Shown here piece by piece: positions 1 to 12,743 of a DNA stretch of 64,000 nt. A program made the position numbers and the translations under genes. The DNA comes from Moniliella sp. 'wahieum' (taxonomy: Eukaryota): contig RSEE01000065.1 in NCBI GenBank assembly GCA_003971905.1, forward strand, positions 310,001-374,000, read 5' to 3'. The notes under the pieces are model-generated. The model had not been told where the DNA came from. It was given only the letters and a program-made list of their open reading frames with translations, and searched no databases. How positions within the stretch are numbered: position 1 is the stretch's first letter; each line of letters begins with the position of its first letter.

Positions 1-1128
1 CCCTAAAGTGCATTCGTTCCCTCATTCGGATACATCTGCTACAATTCAGCCTATCTTCTAGGTTCCACTTTTTTCCTTCTGTGAACAGCACTTCCTTTTA
101 CTTTCGTGTGGATAACCTTGTTCATCATTTTCGCTCCACTTTCTTCAATTACATCATGGAATAGATCCCTTTTTATACACACAGCTTTACATTGTTGGGG
201 ATGCTACAGTGTTTTGCGTTATAGGGGTATGTTGAGTATCGAGTTCATGTATAGACACAACTGTCATGCATATCCACCAAAATAATCAATATGCAACGTC
301 GAGGCAAGGCGTAATCGACAAGGCGCCACTCTTTCATTACTAGACACTTCCCTCTCAACGACAAGGTGTAGTGGCACGATAATGCTTGAAGAGTTGCGGC
401 AGATGCTCAAAAGAGGTACTGATAGCCAATATCTATACAGAGGACATCTGAAGGACTTTAATAATGAAGTCCCCCTTCCTCTCAGCGTGCTGATTTTGGT
501 CGTTTGCTTGTCAAATGGGGGACTCCCTTGATTCCCCCCTGATGGAGAAGATAGAGTCATTCAAACTGAGGGGTAGTGTATATGCCCTTTATAATCACAC
601 ACTTAGCAATGGAGTGTAGAATGATACTCTCTTTCGTCCTCATCCTCTTTCGATTGCTGGACTCTGGCCCATGTCCTCATCCCCTTAATATTAGGCGAAC
701 TTTTACTAGAAGTGAGACTCTCTACTGTTTTTTATGAACCCTCCCACAGTACTCATCTCCAGAACACACATTTCCTTCTGTAGCATTACTTTTCCCTCAC
801 GTCTGTGAGGAATGTGATATGAAGTAAGGGAAGTAGATGGATTGGATACATCTATGGACGGAATGACGGTCCAAGTTGCGTAACAGTTGTGGAATTCGAC
901 TGCTTCGAGCTGCCCCAAAGAACAAAAGCCATGCGCATGCATCATGCGGCCGCCTGTTCCAAAAACTGAAATTGAGAAATTTAAATGACATCGCGGAGGC
1001 GTTGCACCGATTCTTTTTTGCATCTGGCTGCAGGCCTGAGGTCTCCCCAGGCCCCAGCCCCACCCCGTCCTCCTGGGCCCCTTTCTTTTATCCATCCAAC
1101 TCCTTTCAGGTTCAGCTTCCCTGACCGC

Positions 1129-2562
1129 ATGGTAAATCAGGAAAACGTTCCGCCTCTCCATCTGTCTCCCAGGAGAAGAGCAAGCGTACTCGTATCGAGG
1201 CTACTCGGGGCTCCGACGCAGAGTACTCCGATACGAGGACATCCAGGGTCAAGTTCCTCTTGACCGCTTGGAGCGCAATGTGGTACGCACACCCTCCCCC
1301 ATGCCTACATTTCCTCCTTCGCGTTTGGTAGGCTGACAGCAGGATGAGAACGTTATGGTGCGCCGCGTGCGCTCGGATCTAAAAGCAGCCCGAAAGGGCG
1401 AAGTGTTACGTGCGATCAAGCGGCTCCAGGCAGCCAAGGAATCGGCCTCGACCGCCGGAGGGAAGGATATTGCCCTCCTTACCAAAGAACTGGATGCGAC
1501 GAAGCACATACCACTTGACCTCTTGGCTCAGAGAGTGGTGGGAAGGAAACTGATTCGCGCTCGTTTGCTGCCGAAGCTCAAGCACATTCAAAGTCAAGGG
1601 GGAGATTACCCCCTTGCGGGAACCACGTTGGTGACTGGCGGAGGACTGCGTGCATCCCTGGAGGAAGCAGGGGAAATGGAGGAGCGTGTATATGAGCGTA
1701 TCACATCTGCCAAAACAGGGCTGCGACTGCTACGATGGGCGTGGACAAGCTGAAAAGTCTCTTGAACAAGGGGACAGAGAGGGCACCCTCCCCTCCACCC
1801 CAGGAGAACAAGAACGAAGGCAATAAAGACAAGGGCAAGGGAAAGGAGAAGCCTGCGGCAGCAGAGGCAGAGTCGCCATCTGAATCGGAAGGGTCCGGGG
1901 ACGAGGAAATGGAGATACCTGAGTTTGGTACGGGAGGGATGCCCTCGTCGGATCCGGCTCTGAAGGGGAGGAAGAGGAGGATGCAGGCCCCCTCCCCGAG
2001 TCCGACTATGAGGGGAATACCAGAAGGACGAAGAGCAAAAGACCTCTGCATCCGCTGGGGACCATTCGGAAGAAGAAACATCCGATACAGAATCTGGGGA
2101 TGATGATGACGTTTCCGACAACTCATCCGAGGGGGGTCTCCCATCCTTGGCCGCTGGCTACGTGGACGCGGCATGAGGTTGTCGGGTTCTGGGGACGTTT
2201 CGGACTACAGCGAGACAGATGAGGAGGTGGGATGCACCGATACGCAAAAACCGAATGGGCCAACGGGCGCGTCGAGCGCTGTGGGAAAAGAAGTACGGAC
2301 GGGAGCGCAAAACACGTTCAGTCGGAAGCGCGTAAGCGCCAGGAGCAACGGGCTGAGCGAGCACGTGGGCGCACAGCCCGTCTGGGAACCAGCTCCAACG
2401 ACACCACTGGGCCCTCGGTCTAACGGGCCAACCAAGCCGGAGGCGAAAAGGGAAAAACCCAAGCCGAAGGACGACAAGCCTGTGCATCCTTCCTGGGGCC
2501 AAGCACAGCAGAAGAAACAGGCTGAGGCCAAGCCGCAGGGCAAGAAGGTCGTATTTGATTAA
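1129..2562 (+). CDS. BUD22: Bud22/SRFBP1-family ribosome biogenesis protein (1 intron about 1283-1343; several indel frameshifts)
   Basis: N-terminal 'LKAARKGEVLRAIKRL'; 'RKNRMGQRARRALWEKKYG' at about 2243-2300; C-terminal signature 'HPSW...KPQGKKVVFD*'; intron GTACGC...GCTGAC..CAG. Start position inferred. Confidence 0.88.
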
Positions 2563-3450
2563 TACACTCGAATTCCCACCTCTGGAGACAGTGTTCGCAT
2601 TCGAGTCCACTGTAGCTAAGGTGTAGTTACTTTATATGGCACCAGCGTATTAGTGTGCAATTGATGACGATACCTTTGGGGCTGTACATATGAAAGCGCA
2701 TACTAGAGGACTATAGTACCTTCGTCCGCGCGCTAGATCAAGTCATTTCCACGCACAACTCGATGACGAATCGTTTTGGCGCGACAGGACTGAGAGCTAA
2801 CATTGACACTTCTCTTTTTGGTCCCACATCCTGTATCTCTACTGTCGATGCGGGAGAGTCTCATGGAATGTAACTAACCACAAAGAGTTGAGAGCGAAAC
2901 AGACAGAAAGATGGTTGTTGTGAGCCATGCCTGCGGTAAAGGCGCTGGGAACTATGGATGCACCCGGATGTAGTTGTCGAGCCCCACAAAAGTATATATT
3001 GTGAGTGGGAGAAGAGAGTGAATAGCGTTACGTGTTGTTGAAGGGGTTGAAGCTGCTGATGAAGATGAAGAGTGGCCCAGTGTGTGAGTTACCCAAATCA
3101 CTGACGCCGCGCGGCTGGAGCTGAGGTAAGCCAACCGAGAGACGCGCGGAGCTGTTTAGGGTTAGTCGGGCGAAGTGCGGCTTCTGTTCGGTGCAACCGT
3201 GCAACGCGACGGTACGCCTTGCGCGCATTGGAGGGCGCTGATTAGGTAACCGGAGCCCCATCGCCGCCCCCATCGCACTGCGTCGCATCCCGCCCGCCCG
3301 CACTGCACCGCATCGCCGCGCCGCTGCTTTGGGCGCTGGGCGCCCTAGATTACTGACTACTCTAGCTGTGGCTGCGCCCGCCGCCGCCACCACCACCCCT
3401 GGCGCTCGTCTCCATCCGTCGCTGCGCCACCACCTTCTCTTCGCCCCCCC

Positions 3451-6400
3451 ATGGCCGCCCTCCCCCTCCCTCCGCCGACGCCGCGCCGCCACCCCACTTG
3501 GGAGGCTGCCGCCCCTTCCCTCTCCGGCTTCGACTTCTCTGCCCCACTCCAAGCGCTCGACGAGCCCCCCTGCCCAGCAGCGCCAGTGCCACTGGTAGCG
3601 TGTCCGAGTCCGGCGCCTCGACCACCGATACTGGAGAATCGACGGACGATGGCGATGCGCTCTCCCCCCCAGCGACGGTACTAGCCCAGAGCCCGCCATG
3701 GGCGGGTTTGCCTGCCCCACCTGTGGCCACCGCTTCCGGCGCAAGAACGGGCTCAGCCGCCACATGCGCTCCCACACGGGCGAGAAACCATTCGCATGCA
3801 CGCTATGCAAGTTCCGCTCCACCCGCACCGACAGCCTCCAACGGCACATGAAGCTTCATACCCAATCCGACACCCACAACCCGCAGCACCCCGGCTGGAT
3901 GTACCCTGCCTACTCCGTCGAGCCGCCGCGCGGGTTGACGCTTCCCACCCCACGCGCTACGGCTACAGTACCCACCCCTATGCGGCTGGGCGCGAGATGC
4001 GTCCAGCTCACGGCTACATCTCTGCTAGGGCCTTCCCCGACCCGCCCTTGCTCGGCACACGTATGACGACTTCTCTCGCCCCCGCTCGGCTACCCACCCA
4101 TGGAGACTGTCGTCCCTGGCCTGTCTGCGCCTCTGCCACAAGAGCCGCTGGGCCTCGGCATGTCCCCAATGGAGCCGGGAAGTACCATGTCTTCCATCCT
4201 GCGACCCTCGCCGGGGCCTTACGCCCATCCGAATGCTTCCACATCTTCTTTCGCGGCCGCAGCTCTACCAGCCTGCACAGCTCTATCAGTCTGCACGGGC
4301 AGTCCCACCCCGACATCGCCACTTCCTCAGCCGCAACGTGGACTAGCCCCGTTCCGTCGGTGGCACAGCACCCGTCTCCCTCGCCCTTGCTCTCTCAGTC
4401 TTCTTACCCTTTTGAGGGTAGCACTTTGCTCCAACCGCACCCATCGCAACCATCGCAACCATCGCAACCATCGCAACCATCGCACCACCGCGCCGTTTGG
4501 CATGCCCAACAACAGACAAGGGTGCCAGTCCCTTAATCATCCCCCCCCTTCGTCCGGCTCCTTCTCTGCTCCCGGCTTTGCACCGGCTGTGCCACAGATA
4601 CAAGTCACCGAAGGCTTCCCCACATCTCCCGATTTCGACTTTGGCCGGCTGTTTGGCGCAACGTTGGCGGACGAGTCGGCACTTGGGTTTGATGCCTACA
4701 TTGCCCAAGCTGCCAGCCTTTTTTCACCAATCAAGCCTGCCAGCATGGAGGAACAGCAACAGGGATCACTGAATGCTCTGCTTGGCGGCCTGGGCGGCGA
4801 AGCGCTCGACACGGGCTTTGCCTCCCATTTGACTTTGCCTCCCGATTCGGCCGATGCCCCTGCTCCGGCGGCCATTCCTGCCTCCAATCGGCATTTGTCC
4901 CAATTTGTGCTCAACTTTAATCGCCACATGCCATTCATCCATGTACCTACCATCCCGCAACTCTTCAGTGACATTCTCGACCATCAGGGCAAGGTCAAGC
5001 TTTCGATTGAAGCGAAGCAGATCGACTGCCTCAAGCCGTGCACCGAGGACGTATTGCGCGCTATGGCCATTGTGGGCGCGTCATACGATGGGATGGCCCC
5101 TTCGGGCGGCAGCTTTGTCCCCATCCCCTCCTCACTGGAGGGCACGGAGATGGATGCGACCCCGCTGCTGGTCGACTGGTATGGGGCCAACGAGCTGAAG
5201 AACAAGCTCTTGGCTGACTTTGCGGCAGATAACCCACCTTCCACTGTGAGGGCGACGTTTGCGCCCGCTGGCGGGCCCGACTCGCTCTTTAAGGACTTTT
5301 TGGAAGAACCCACACTGCTCCGTCGTGCGCAGGCTTTGATGCTGCTTCAGTTTGTCAGCCTTTTTAGTCAGTCGCGCGCACACCAGAACCACGCGCGTTT
5401 GCTGCATGGAGCCTTGATCACGATTGGGCGCGAACTGCTGACGGAGACGGTGCAGCGGCAAGCGCTGGAACGCAAGTTGACCCACCAACATCAACTCAGC
5501 GAGTATGAAAAATGGCGGCAATGGTCCCGGCGGATGGAACGCAAACGCACCATTTGGGCTATTGCCGTGTGTGATCAACTGCAATCGGTGCTCTTCCGTC
5601 TTCCTCCCTTTCTTCAGGCGAATGAGCTGGACTCGGTCGATCTTTCTGACTTGGGCAGCACCGAGATGTGGGAAGCGCCGTCGGCGGAAGCATGGACTGT
5701 CCTCCCTGCTCCGACACCGCCAACAGGCAAAGCGTCGATCCAGTCGGTGCTGACTATGCTGCTGGATCCTATGGCGGATATGGCGCCGATGGCGCAGTTG
5801 GGGCCGTGTGGGTACTTTGTTACCGCGCGCTCCTGTGAGAGCCAAACGACAGAGACGTTGCGCCAAGACACGGAGGCCCGAAAGCGTCTTCGGCAGTCGG
5901 CCGGCTTGGGTCCCGACGCGCCTGACGCGTCTGAGGCAGTAAGGCTGCAACGTGCTCAAACTGCCTTAGATGGTCTTGGGGCCGGAGAAAAGGCGGCGCT
6001 GATCAAAGAAGCGAACGAGACGGACCGGGCTCTATCTCAGGCCGTCGGGCAAATCGAAACGGCCCTAGCACGGTGGCGGGAACATGCCCGGGTCCCCGTC
6101 CCGGCCGCGGGCGATGGCACTGCGGCTTGGCCCGAAGAAAGCGTTGCCATCTCCTGTGCTACGGTGCATCTCATGGCGCAACTGCGGAGCCGGTGTCAAT
6201 CGGAGGACACCTGGACCGAATCTCCCGAACCGTCGTTGGTCCACTTGTTGGCCACCGCACCTCAGTCCCGGGCTACGCCCGACGAGACGGAATCTCTCTT
6301 GGTTCAGGTCCGGAGGGCCCTCCGTTCTCCCGACCCGATGGCCGCGTTGGTCTTGCTCGGTTTGGGGTACCTCTCCGCCACGCCTTGGCCCCACCCTCCC

Positions 6401-6466
6401 TGCTGGCCTGAAGGAGCCAAATGTGGAACCCACCTCGTTCCGTGGATTTTCCCTCGCTTACAGTAA
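3451..6466 (+). CDS. C2H2 zinc-finger transcription factor with fungal-specific TF (Fungal_trans-like) domain; frameshifted, start uncertain
   Basis: Two C2H2 fingers with TGEKP linker (FACPTCGHRFRRKNGLSRHMRSH-TGEKP-FACTLCKFRSTRTDSLQRHMKLH, about 3707-3860), followed by 'FNRHMPFIHVPT', 'W..W..RMERKRTIW' and 'WEAPSAEAW' motifs typical of fungal C2H2+Fungal_trans regulators. Confidence 0.85.
4432..4484 (+). repeat. 9-bp tandem repeat (CAACCATCG)n, coding (likely QPS repeats)
   Basis: About five consecutive or degenerate copies read directly. Confidence 0.8.
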
Positions 6467-6705
6467 CTGGAACTCTTTTGCCCCCTCCCCACCCTCCTTC
6501 CCAAGCTGCGGGCCCGCTTCTCCCTCTACCCTTCGCTGGCCCAGCTTCCCCCCCCCCCCCCTCCCCTCCCCTCCCTTCCGCCCCGTTGCCGCACACACAC
6601 TGCTTCTCCTCGTACCTACTACCTGCCTTTCCTTTTCGCTCTCATAATCAAATTCCATTCCTCCTCGATTCTTAGATCTCAGGTGCGCGTATACTGCGGC
6701 GGCCG

Positions 6706-9609
6706 TCACAGTTGCGTCGTTAGCCGGGGCTGAGTGGCCCTGTTCGTGCTGGCGCTGGTACTGCTCGACATCAGCCCGTGCACGCTCAACAACCGTCGCT
6801 TCTCCTCCTTGGGCACTTGCTCTTGGTGGGCAGCCGCAGAAGTCGGTGCGAGACCAGGAGCTCCAGGAACGGGGGCGCTGCTACTACTAGACCCACTGGC
6901 CCCACCCATGCCAGGATGGTAGCGTTGCTGGTACTGCTGCACGCCTGCCCGTGCTTGCTCAACAAGCGCCGCTTCTCCTCGTCTTGAGGAACCTGCTCTG
7001 CCGGCGCCGATGCTAGCCCAGGCGTGCCAGGAGTGGGAACGCCCACGTTCCCGGGCCGAGGAGCGTTGGCAACAACAGTCGGGGGAGGCGAAGCCGTGTC
7101 GGGCACTTGGCTCGTTGGTCCAGTTGATGTGCCTGCGCTTGGCCCGGCTGCGGGACCAGCCTGCGTGCCCGGCCGCCCAAAGACTGAGTAACCATTTCGC
7201 ATACGCAGGGTCCGACGGCTGCAAGCCCGGCGGCACTTGCGGTACAGCTTGCGAAGTGGGCACAGGCGTTGACGCTGTCTGGACTGGCATAGCTGCCACT
7301 GCACTAGGTGTGGCGCCAGATCCGGATCCCGACACGGCGGGTTCGCTCCAGCTCCAGCTCCGGAGCCTGAGCCTGAACCCGAGCCCGAGCCCGAAGCCGC
7401 CCGCTCCGGTCACAGTAGGAAGAGGACCGACATTGGCGGCGTACCACTCGGCGTAGGCGGGGTCGTTGGGACTCAGACCAGGAGGGGGCTGAGCAACAGC
7501 GAGTGGTGTACCCTTGGGCTGTCCTGCTGCTGCCATACCCAAACCCGGAGCAGCGGCAGCGCCCGGCACAACAGCCCCAGCACCAAGGAGCGGCGCAACG
7601 TTAGTTCATACCACTCGGCGTAGGCTGGGTCGCTTGGGCTCAGCCCCGGTGGCGGCTGAGGGATGGAAGTAGGGTAAGAAGTGCTCCCCGTTCGTTGATG
7701 GGCACTGACCGACGTCGACTGAGCTGGTGCTGTCCCCAAGAGAGGGAGAATAGTGGAATTGTACCAGTCGGCGTACCCTGGGTCTGCGGGGGTCAGCCCG
7801 GGAGGAGGGGACGGGTAGCGTGTATAACCCGGCCCAGCCACTTGCGCTTGCGCTTGAGCTGGCGCTGGAGTCGCGGCAACAGCAGCGGCGGTAGAGGTGG
7901 CTCTGCCCCAAGTTTTCTGTGCCGACGCATAATTGATGGCTTGCTGGTGCAGGGGGTTGCTGTGGTTGCAGCAATCGTGGCGGCGGCCGTAGCATTAGCA
8001 GTGGCAACAGTAGCAAAGGACTCGGGTCCTCCTTGCGTGTGTTCTTAGACATCACCTCACGGAACAGTGTGTCGGCCGTGTCAAACGTCTTTTGAGAGCT
8101 CGCATGGTGGCCAGCCGCGTCTCGTGTACATTGATCACGTCCACCAGGGTGATCCAGGCCGTAGACGAGGCAGCAACATACATGCTGCGCAACTCCTCAT
8201 CAGCCCTGGGATTGTACGACCGTGGGCTAGGTGGGTTGCGCAACCGGTCCAGCAGCGCGTACATCGTTGGCGCCATCGTCTCCACATCCATCTCCATACG
8301 CGCAGTGGCAAGCAAAGAGTCAAACGTGACCCCATCGAGCGGCTTGACATAATTCTTGGGAAAAATCCCGATCTTGCCCTTGGACTCGCCGCGCCACCAA
8401 TGTTCAAACTGTGCCTCGAGCACCGTGATCACATCGCCCCGCTTTAGAGGCAGTTCCCCCGTCTGACGGCACCAGATCGTGAATCGCCTGAACCCGACGA
8501 GGAGGGGGGCCGACAACCATACCCGCAATGTTCTTGGGGGCCCAGCCGGGGACCATCGGCGGTGCATCAGGGTCAGGAGCTTGCTCAATGGTGTCCTTCC
8601 TGGCTGTCGCAGGAACAGAAGCACCGCTTACGGCGCTGGCGGCAGCCGCTGGGCCGCTAGACCGCGTGGAAGGGACAGCTGCGTGGGTAGAAACGGGTAC
8701 GGGGGCAGGAATAGGATGGGTATCCGGTCCTTCGATGGCACTGTCCCATGTCTTATCGCTCCCTGCTGGGCTGGCCGGACGCGCGGCGGGTGCAGGCGCC
8801 GGGGCCCAACCGGGAGGCGGAACCGGGACCGGGGCTGGTGCAGCGGTTGGAACAGGAGGGGCGGGGGGGCACACGTGGAGGAAGCGCAGGCGGTGGTGGA
8901 GGCGGAGGCGGAGGCGGAGGCGCATGGAGGCACCTGGTGCTGCATGATGGGTTGGAGGAGGCACCGAATGAGCGATGGTTTGCGGCGGAGGCGGGGGGAC
9001 ACTAAGCGCTTGCCGCAAATCATCGGGCAGTTGGGTTCCCACACGTCCTGCCCCGCATCTTGAAGAGACATCTCGAGTGCCTTACGCAGGTCCTCATCTT
9101 CCTCCGCAACTCCTCGATCGACTGCTCCGGCGGGGGTGCCTCGACGTGATACCGCGCCAAACCCCGGCGACAGTGGCCCGAACGGCTTCCATGGCGGTGT
9201 GCATGGTATCTGCCTCGGCGGAGGCTGACTGTTCAAGAGTGGTGTACCAGCCTTCGATGAGCTCAAGGACGCGGGTGCGGTAGGCCTGCGACGTGTGCCG
9301 ATAGGTGGCGGATTGCACGAGCGCTTCGCAAAAGATGGGACTGGCCAGCGCTTCGAGCGCGTGCGCCTCGGGCCCAGAGTTCTCTCCAATGCCATGGGCG
9401 ACGCTGAGCGCAGTGCTGCGGACGTTGGGGTCACGGTGGAGGAGACGGGGCGCAAGTGCTTCGATCGCCGCCCGGGCGCCCGGTGGGCCATCAGCGCAGA
9501 CGCGATCGCTAACGGCAATGTTCAGCTCCCAGTTCTCGGTGCCATGGAGGTCTTCGCTGGTGGCGGCATTGATCAGGGTTTCATACGCCGAGGGCTGTAC
9601 CAACGCCAT
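6706..9609 (-). CDS. HSE1: ESCRT-0 subunit Hse1/STAM (VHS-UIM-SH3-GAT plus long Pro-rich tail); multiple indel frameshifts, 3' end approximate
   Basis: VHS '[26 protein letters not shown]...[12 protein letters not shown]'; UIM '[16 protein letters not shown]'; SH3 '[43 protein letters not shown]'; domain order matches Hse1/STAM. Confidence 0.88.
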
Positions 9610-11005
9610 TTGGGCACGTGAGCGTGGGCGTGGGCGTGGGCAGGAGGGGGTGGTGGAGGCAACGTTCAGGGGGTGGCGTGGGCGTGTCTGCCTGCCTCCG
9701 CAGCCAGGCGGCCGGGAGCAGCGCCCCATCGAACACCGGCACAGGCCGGCTAGGGTTAGCCCCCGCTGCGCCGCCGCGCGCAGCCACCGCCGCTGCTCCA
9801 CACTCGCCCTGTGCCACGTGACGTACGCCAGTCGCTGCAGCGCATGCAGCTGGTCACCTGACCTGGCCAGTCATCCTGTCATCGTAACCCCATCGCTGAG
9901 ACCATCGCCATAATCAATGGCCTTTGGCATGTGGCTTGTTATCGCCGACGCCAACATAACATGGGAACATGGGGCCAAAACACCCCACCACCCCCACGTG
10001 TCCCAGGTTGCTCATAGCGACGCCTGCCTAGCTGAATACTGGTATCCTGATCCGCCTGTGATCAGCCACAAATATGCCCGCCTGCGTCAGTATATTTGAG
10101 TACTGTGGGCATTCGGTTACTCGAGTACTGGTGCCTGAGGGTGCCTGAGTATACTACAATGGACAAGACCGGGAGTGAGGCTGTCCCTCAGATATTAGAC
10201 TTCAAGCAGGGGGCTCTGGGCGGTCTTAGGCCCAGGCTGCATTCGTGGTTCCCGTGCTTATTAGGCACTCACCTCAGCGCTCAGGCTGACCGGGCTGATA
10301 ATGATCGTCAGGCCGGCGTCAGGCACGTCAGGCCTCAGGCTGAGGCTTGACCTCAAGCTTCAAGCTTCAAGATCCATGTACATTTACATTGAAGTTCTGG
10401 GACGCCCAATACAGCCACATTTACTTGCCTCATTCGCGTCACTAACGGTTTTGTGCTGTGCACGTGTGCATTTTACCGAGTAACGGCGAGGCTATCGCCA
10501 TATCGATCTTCTCCTGTCCAGATTTTACTGCGCTTTTGGCCATTATATCTCCAAGGTGTTGTAGCACTCATCGAGACTACTGCGGCCTGGACCAAGGCAC
10601 CTGTTAGGGGACTGAGCCTCAGTAACTGAAGCGCTGAAGCGCTGAAGCTCTCGAAGCTTGAAACGGTGAACATCAGATCTCCGAGCACTGCATGTGGGCA
10701 TTCGTCTCGTAGGCGTGACACGTGACATGCCTAATGTGACACATGCGAGAGGCTTAAGGATTGAAACAAGAGGCCTTCGTACGCGAACGTGCCGCCTGCT
10801 TGATTAACCCGATTCCACATGGTTCGCTCTAGCAGCGCAGAAGGCCCGCATGGAGAGTCTGGGGGCATCCCTCAGGCCCTCGCATAGGCGTGATGATAGG
10901 ATTTACGATCTGCCCCTCACCAGTTCCTTATAAAACAAGCATGTCGCCTCCCCTTCCTCTCCTCTTTCCCCCACCCCCCTCTCTCTTCTCTCCTCCGTCT
11001 GCATC

Positions 11006-11639
11006 ATGTTCCCCACTGCGCTCTTCTCTCTTTTGCTTTTGGCCAGCTTGGTTCAAGCCGACAAGACCAAGGTTGACAACAAGGTGTACCTTATCCGGCA
11101 TGGCGAAAAGCCGGACAGTGGGATGGACTGTCGACCCAAGGCACCGAGCGGGCGCAGTGCCTTCCGTCGGTGTTCACCTCGTCGAACGGGTACAACCTGG
11201 GACTGATCATGGCGGAGCAGCCTCAATCGGATGGCTCGCAGCAGCGCCCCTACGACACGGTTAAGCCCCTTGCCGACTCGCTGGGGTTGACTGTGGACAC
11301 CAACTGCCAGCGCGACGATACATCGTGCGTGGCCAACGAGATCCAAAACTTTGCCGATTCGTCAAGCCAGGACATCCTGATTTGCTGGGACAAGGCGCTG
11401 TCGGACATCTCGGATCAGCTGGGAGACCAATTCAAGTACCCTTCCGACCACTTTGGTATGTCTCTGTCTGCCTCCCTTTTGTTGTTGCGCGTTTTGCGTT
11501 CTTTTGGGATTCTGTGGCGTATCTGATCGCTAACATGTGGGATGGGTGGATCGGCAATAGACTTGATCTACGAGATTATCGATGGCGACTTGACGTCCAA
11601 CTCGCCTGGTCTGAGGACTGCGCCGGGTTGGACTCGTAG
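11006..11639 (+). CDS. Small secreted histidine-phosphatase / phosphoglycerate-mutase-like protein (intron 11456-11560)
   Basis: Signal peptide MFPTALFSLLLLASLVQA, catalytic 'VYLIRHGEKP', 'RAQCL', 'RPYDTVKPLA', 'DILICW', terminal 'SEDCAGLDS*'; TATA-like TTATAAAA near 10928; intron GTATGT...GCTAAC...TAG. Confidence 0.85.
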
Positions 11640-12397
11640 TGCCAGGCGCAACTGCATCGACAACTTTTTGGACGAATGGTGGGCGGAGACTGGCTTTGGC
11701 TTTTGGCATTTGGGCTGGGCTGGGCGACTAGTAATGATTACGCGATGGTCCAAGTCAATCGAAGTCGATGAGGGTGTTGTGTCGTGATGGAACAGAGGGT
11801 ACTCTCCGACGAGCAGTCTACAGGAGAGGTGGGCAGGCGATTGGTCACAGAGAGCGGGAGCGAGATTACGAGTGCAGCGAAGAGCGGAGCGGTGGTGGAG
11901 AGGCAGGACACCACCAACTGTAGAGAAAACGGACAGGAAAGGCGAGCGCACACGCAGCGCGAGCTACGGTATGAACGGGTCTACAGTTCCCTGAGCCCTA
12001 CTGGCACCAGCCTAGGCGAGCTAGCATATATCGCCCCACGTCACAACAGGAGAGGCTGCGCAACAAAAGGCTACCTATTTATCTACTGTCATAACATTAG
12101 TCAGCGTGCTTGGCCGCTAACGCGTAACGTGCAACGCGTCGCCGTAATATAACGGCAACTGGAACCAGACTGGAAGCTTAAAGTAACGTTTAACCCCACC
12201 GACGTTTCAATGCACAATGCAGGAACATTGTGGGGAAGGATTGTGTCGCTGAGCCTCCGCACTGGGGCTGCGCGCGGATTGGGGCGACAAAGCAGCGGAG
12301 AAGGCAGGCGCGAGGGCAGTGTGAACCTACGCTCCCCTGCAGAGACGGTGCGGGGCTGCTGGGGCGCTGGGCCACCCCGGACAGAGCGGGGGCGGTG

Positions 12398-12440
12398 GGT
12401 GCGCTTGGGTGCGCTTGGTGCGCTTGGGTGCGCTGGGTGC
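12398..12440 (+). repeat. Imperfect 9-10 bp tandem repeat (GGGTGCGCTT)x4
   Basis: Read directly. Confidence 0.7.
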
Positions 12441-12743
12441 CCAGGCAAGCGTCGCATCTCAGATCTCAGCGCTCACCTCAATCAAGCTCAACGCACGGGG
12501 GCTGGTGGACTGGGCCAGTGCGCTCCGCCCTCGGCTATACGCTGCTCGTCCATACCACACGTCACAGCAGGACCATGTTCAATGGGCTGCGTGGCGCACG
12601 ATAGCACACTCACCAGCACCCAGCCGCAGCTGCAGCAGCACAGGCCCGACAGCTCACGCCAAGCCGCGTCGGCGGCATGCACAGCTGCTCGCAGCCACGC
12701 GTGTCTTCCCGCGTGCCTCTCCTCCTCCACCACCACCGCCACC

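Noticed and set aside
1..7. Window begins with CCCTAAA (telomere-like)
   Set aside because: Single unit with no array; consistent with chance.
264..560. 98-aa minus-strand ORF with a TATAAA about 30 bp upstream
   Set aside because: No recognisable motif; cannot be supported as a gene from sequence alone.
2933..2946. GCCTTTACC on the minus strand resembling U5 snRNA loop I
   Set aside because: One T short, with no closing stem or Sm site.
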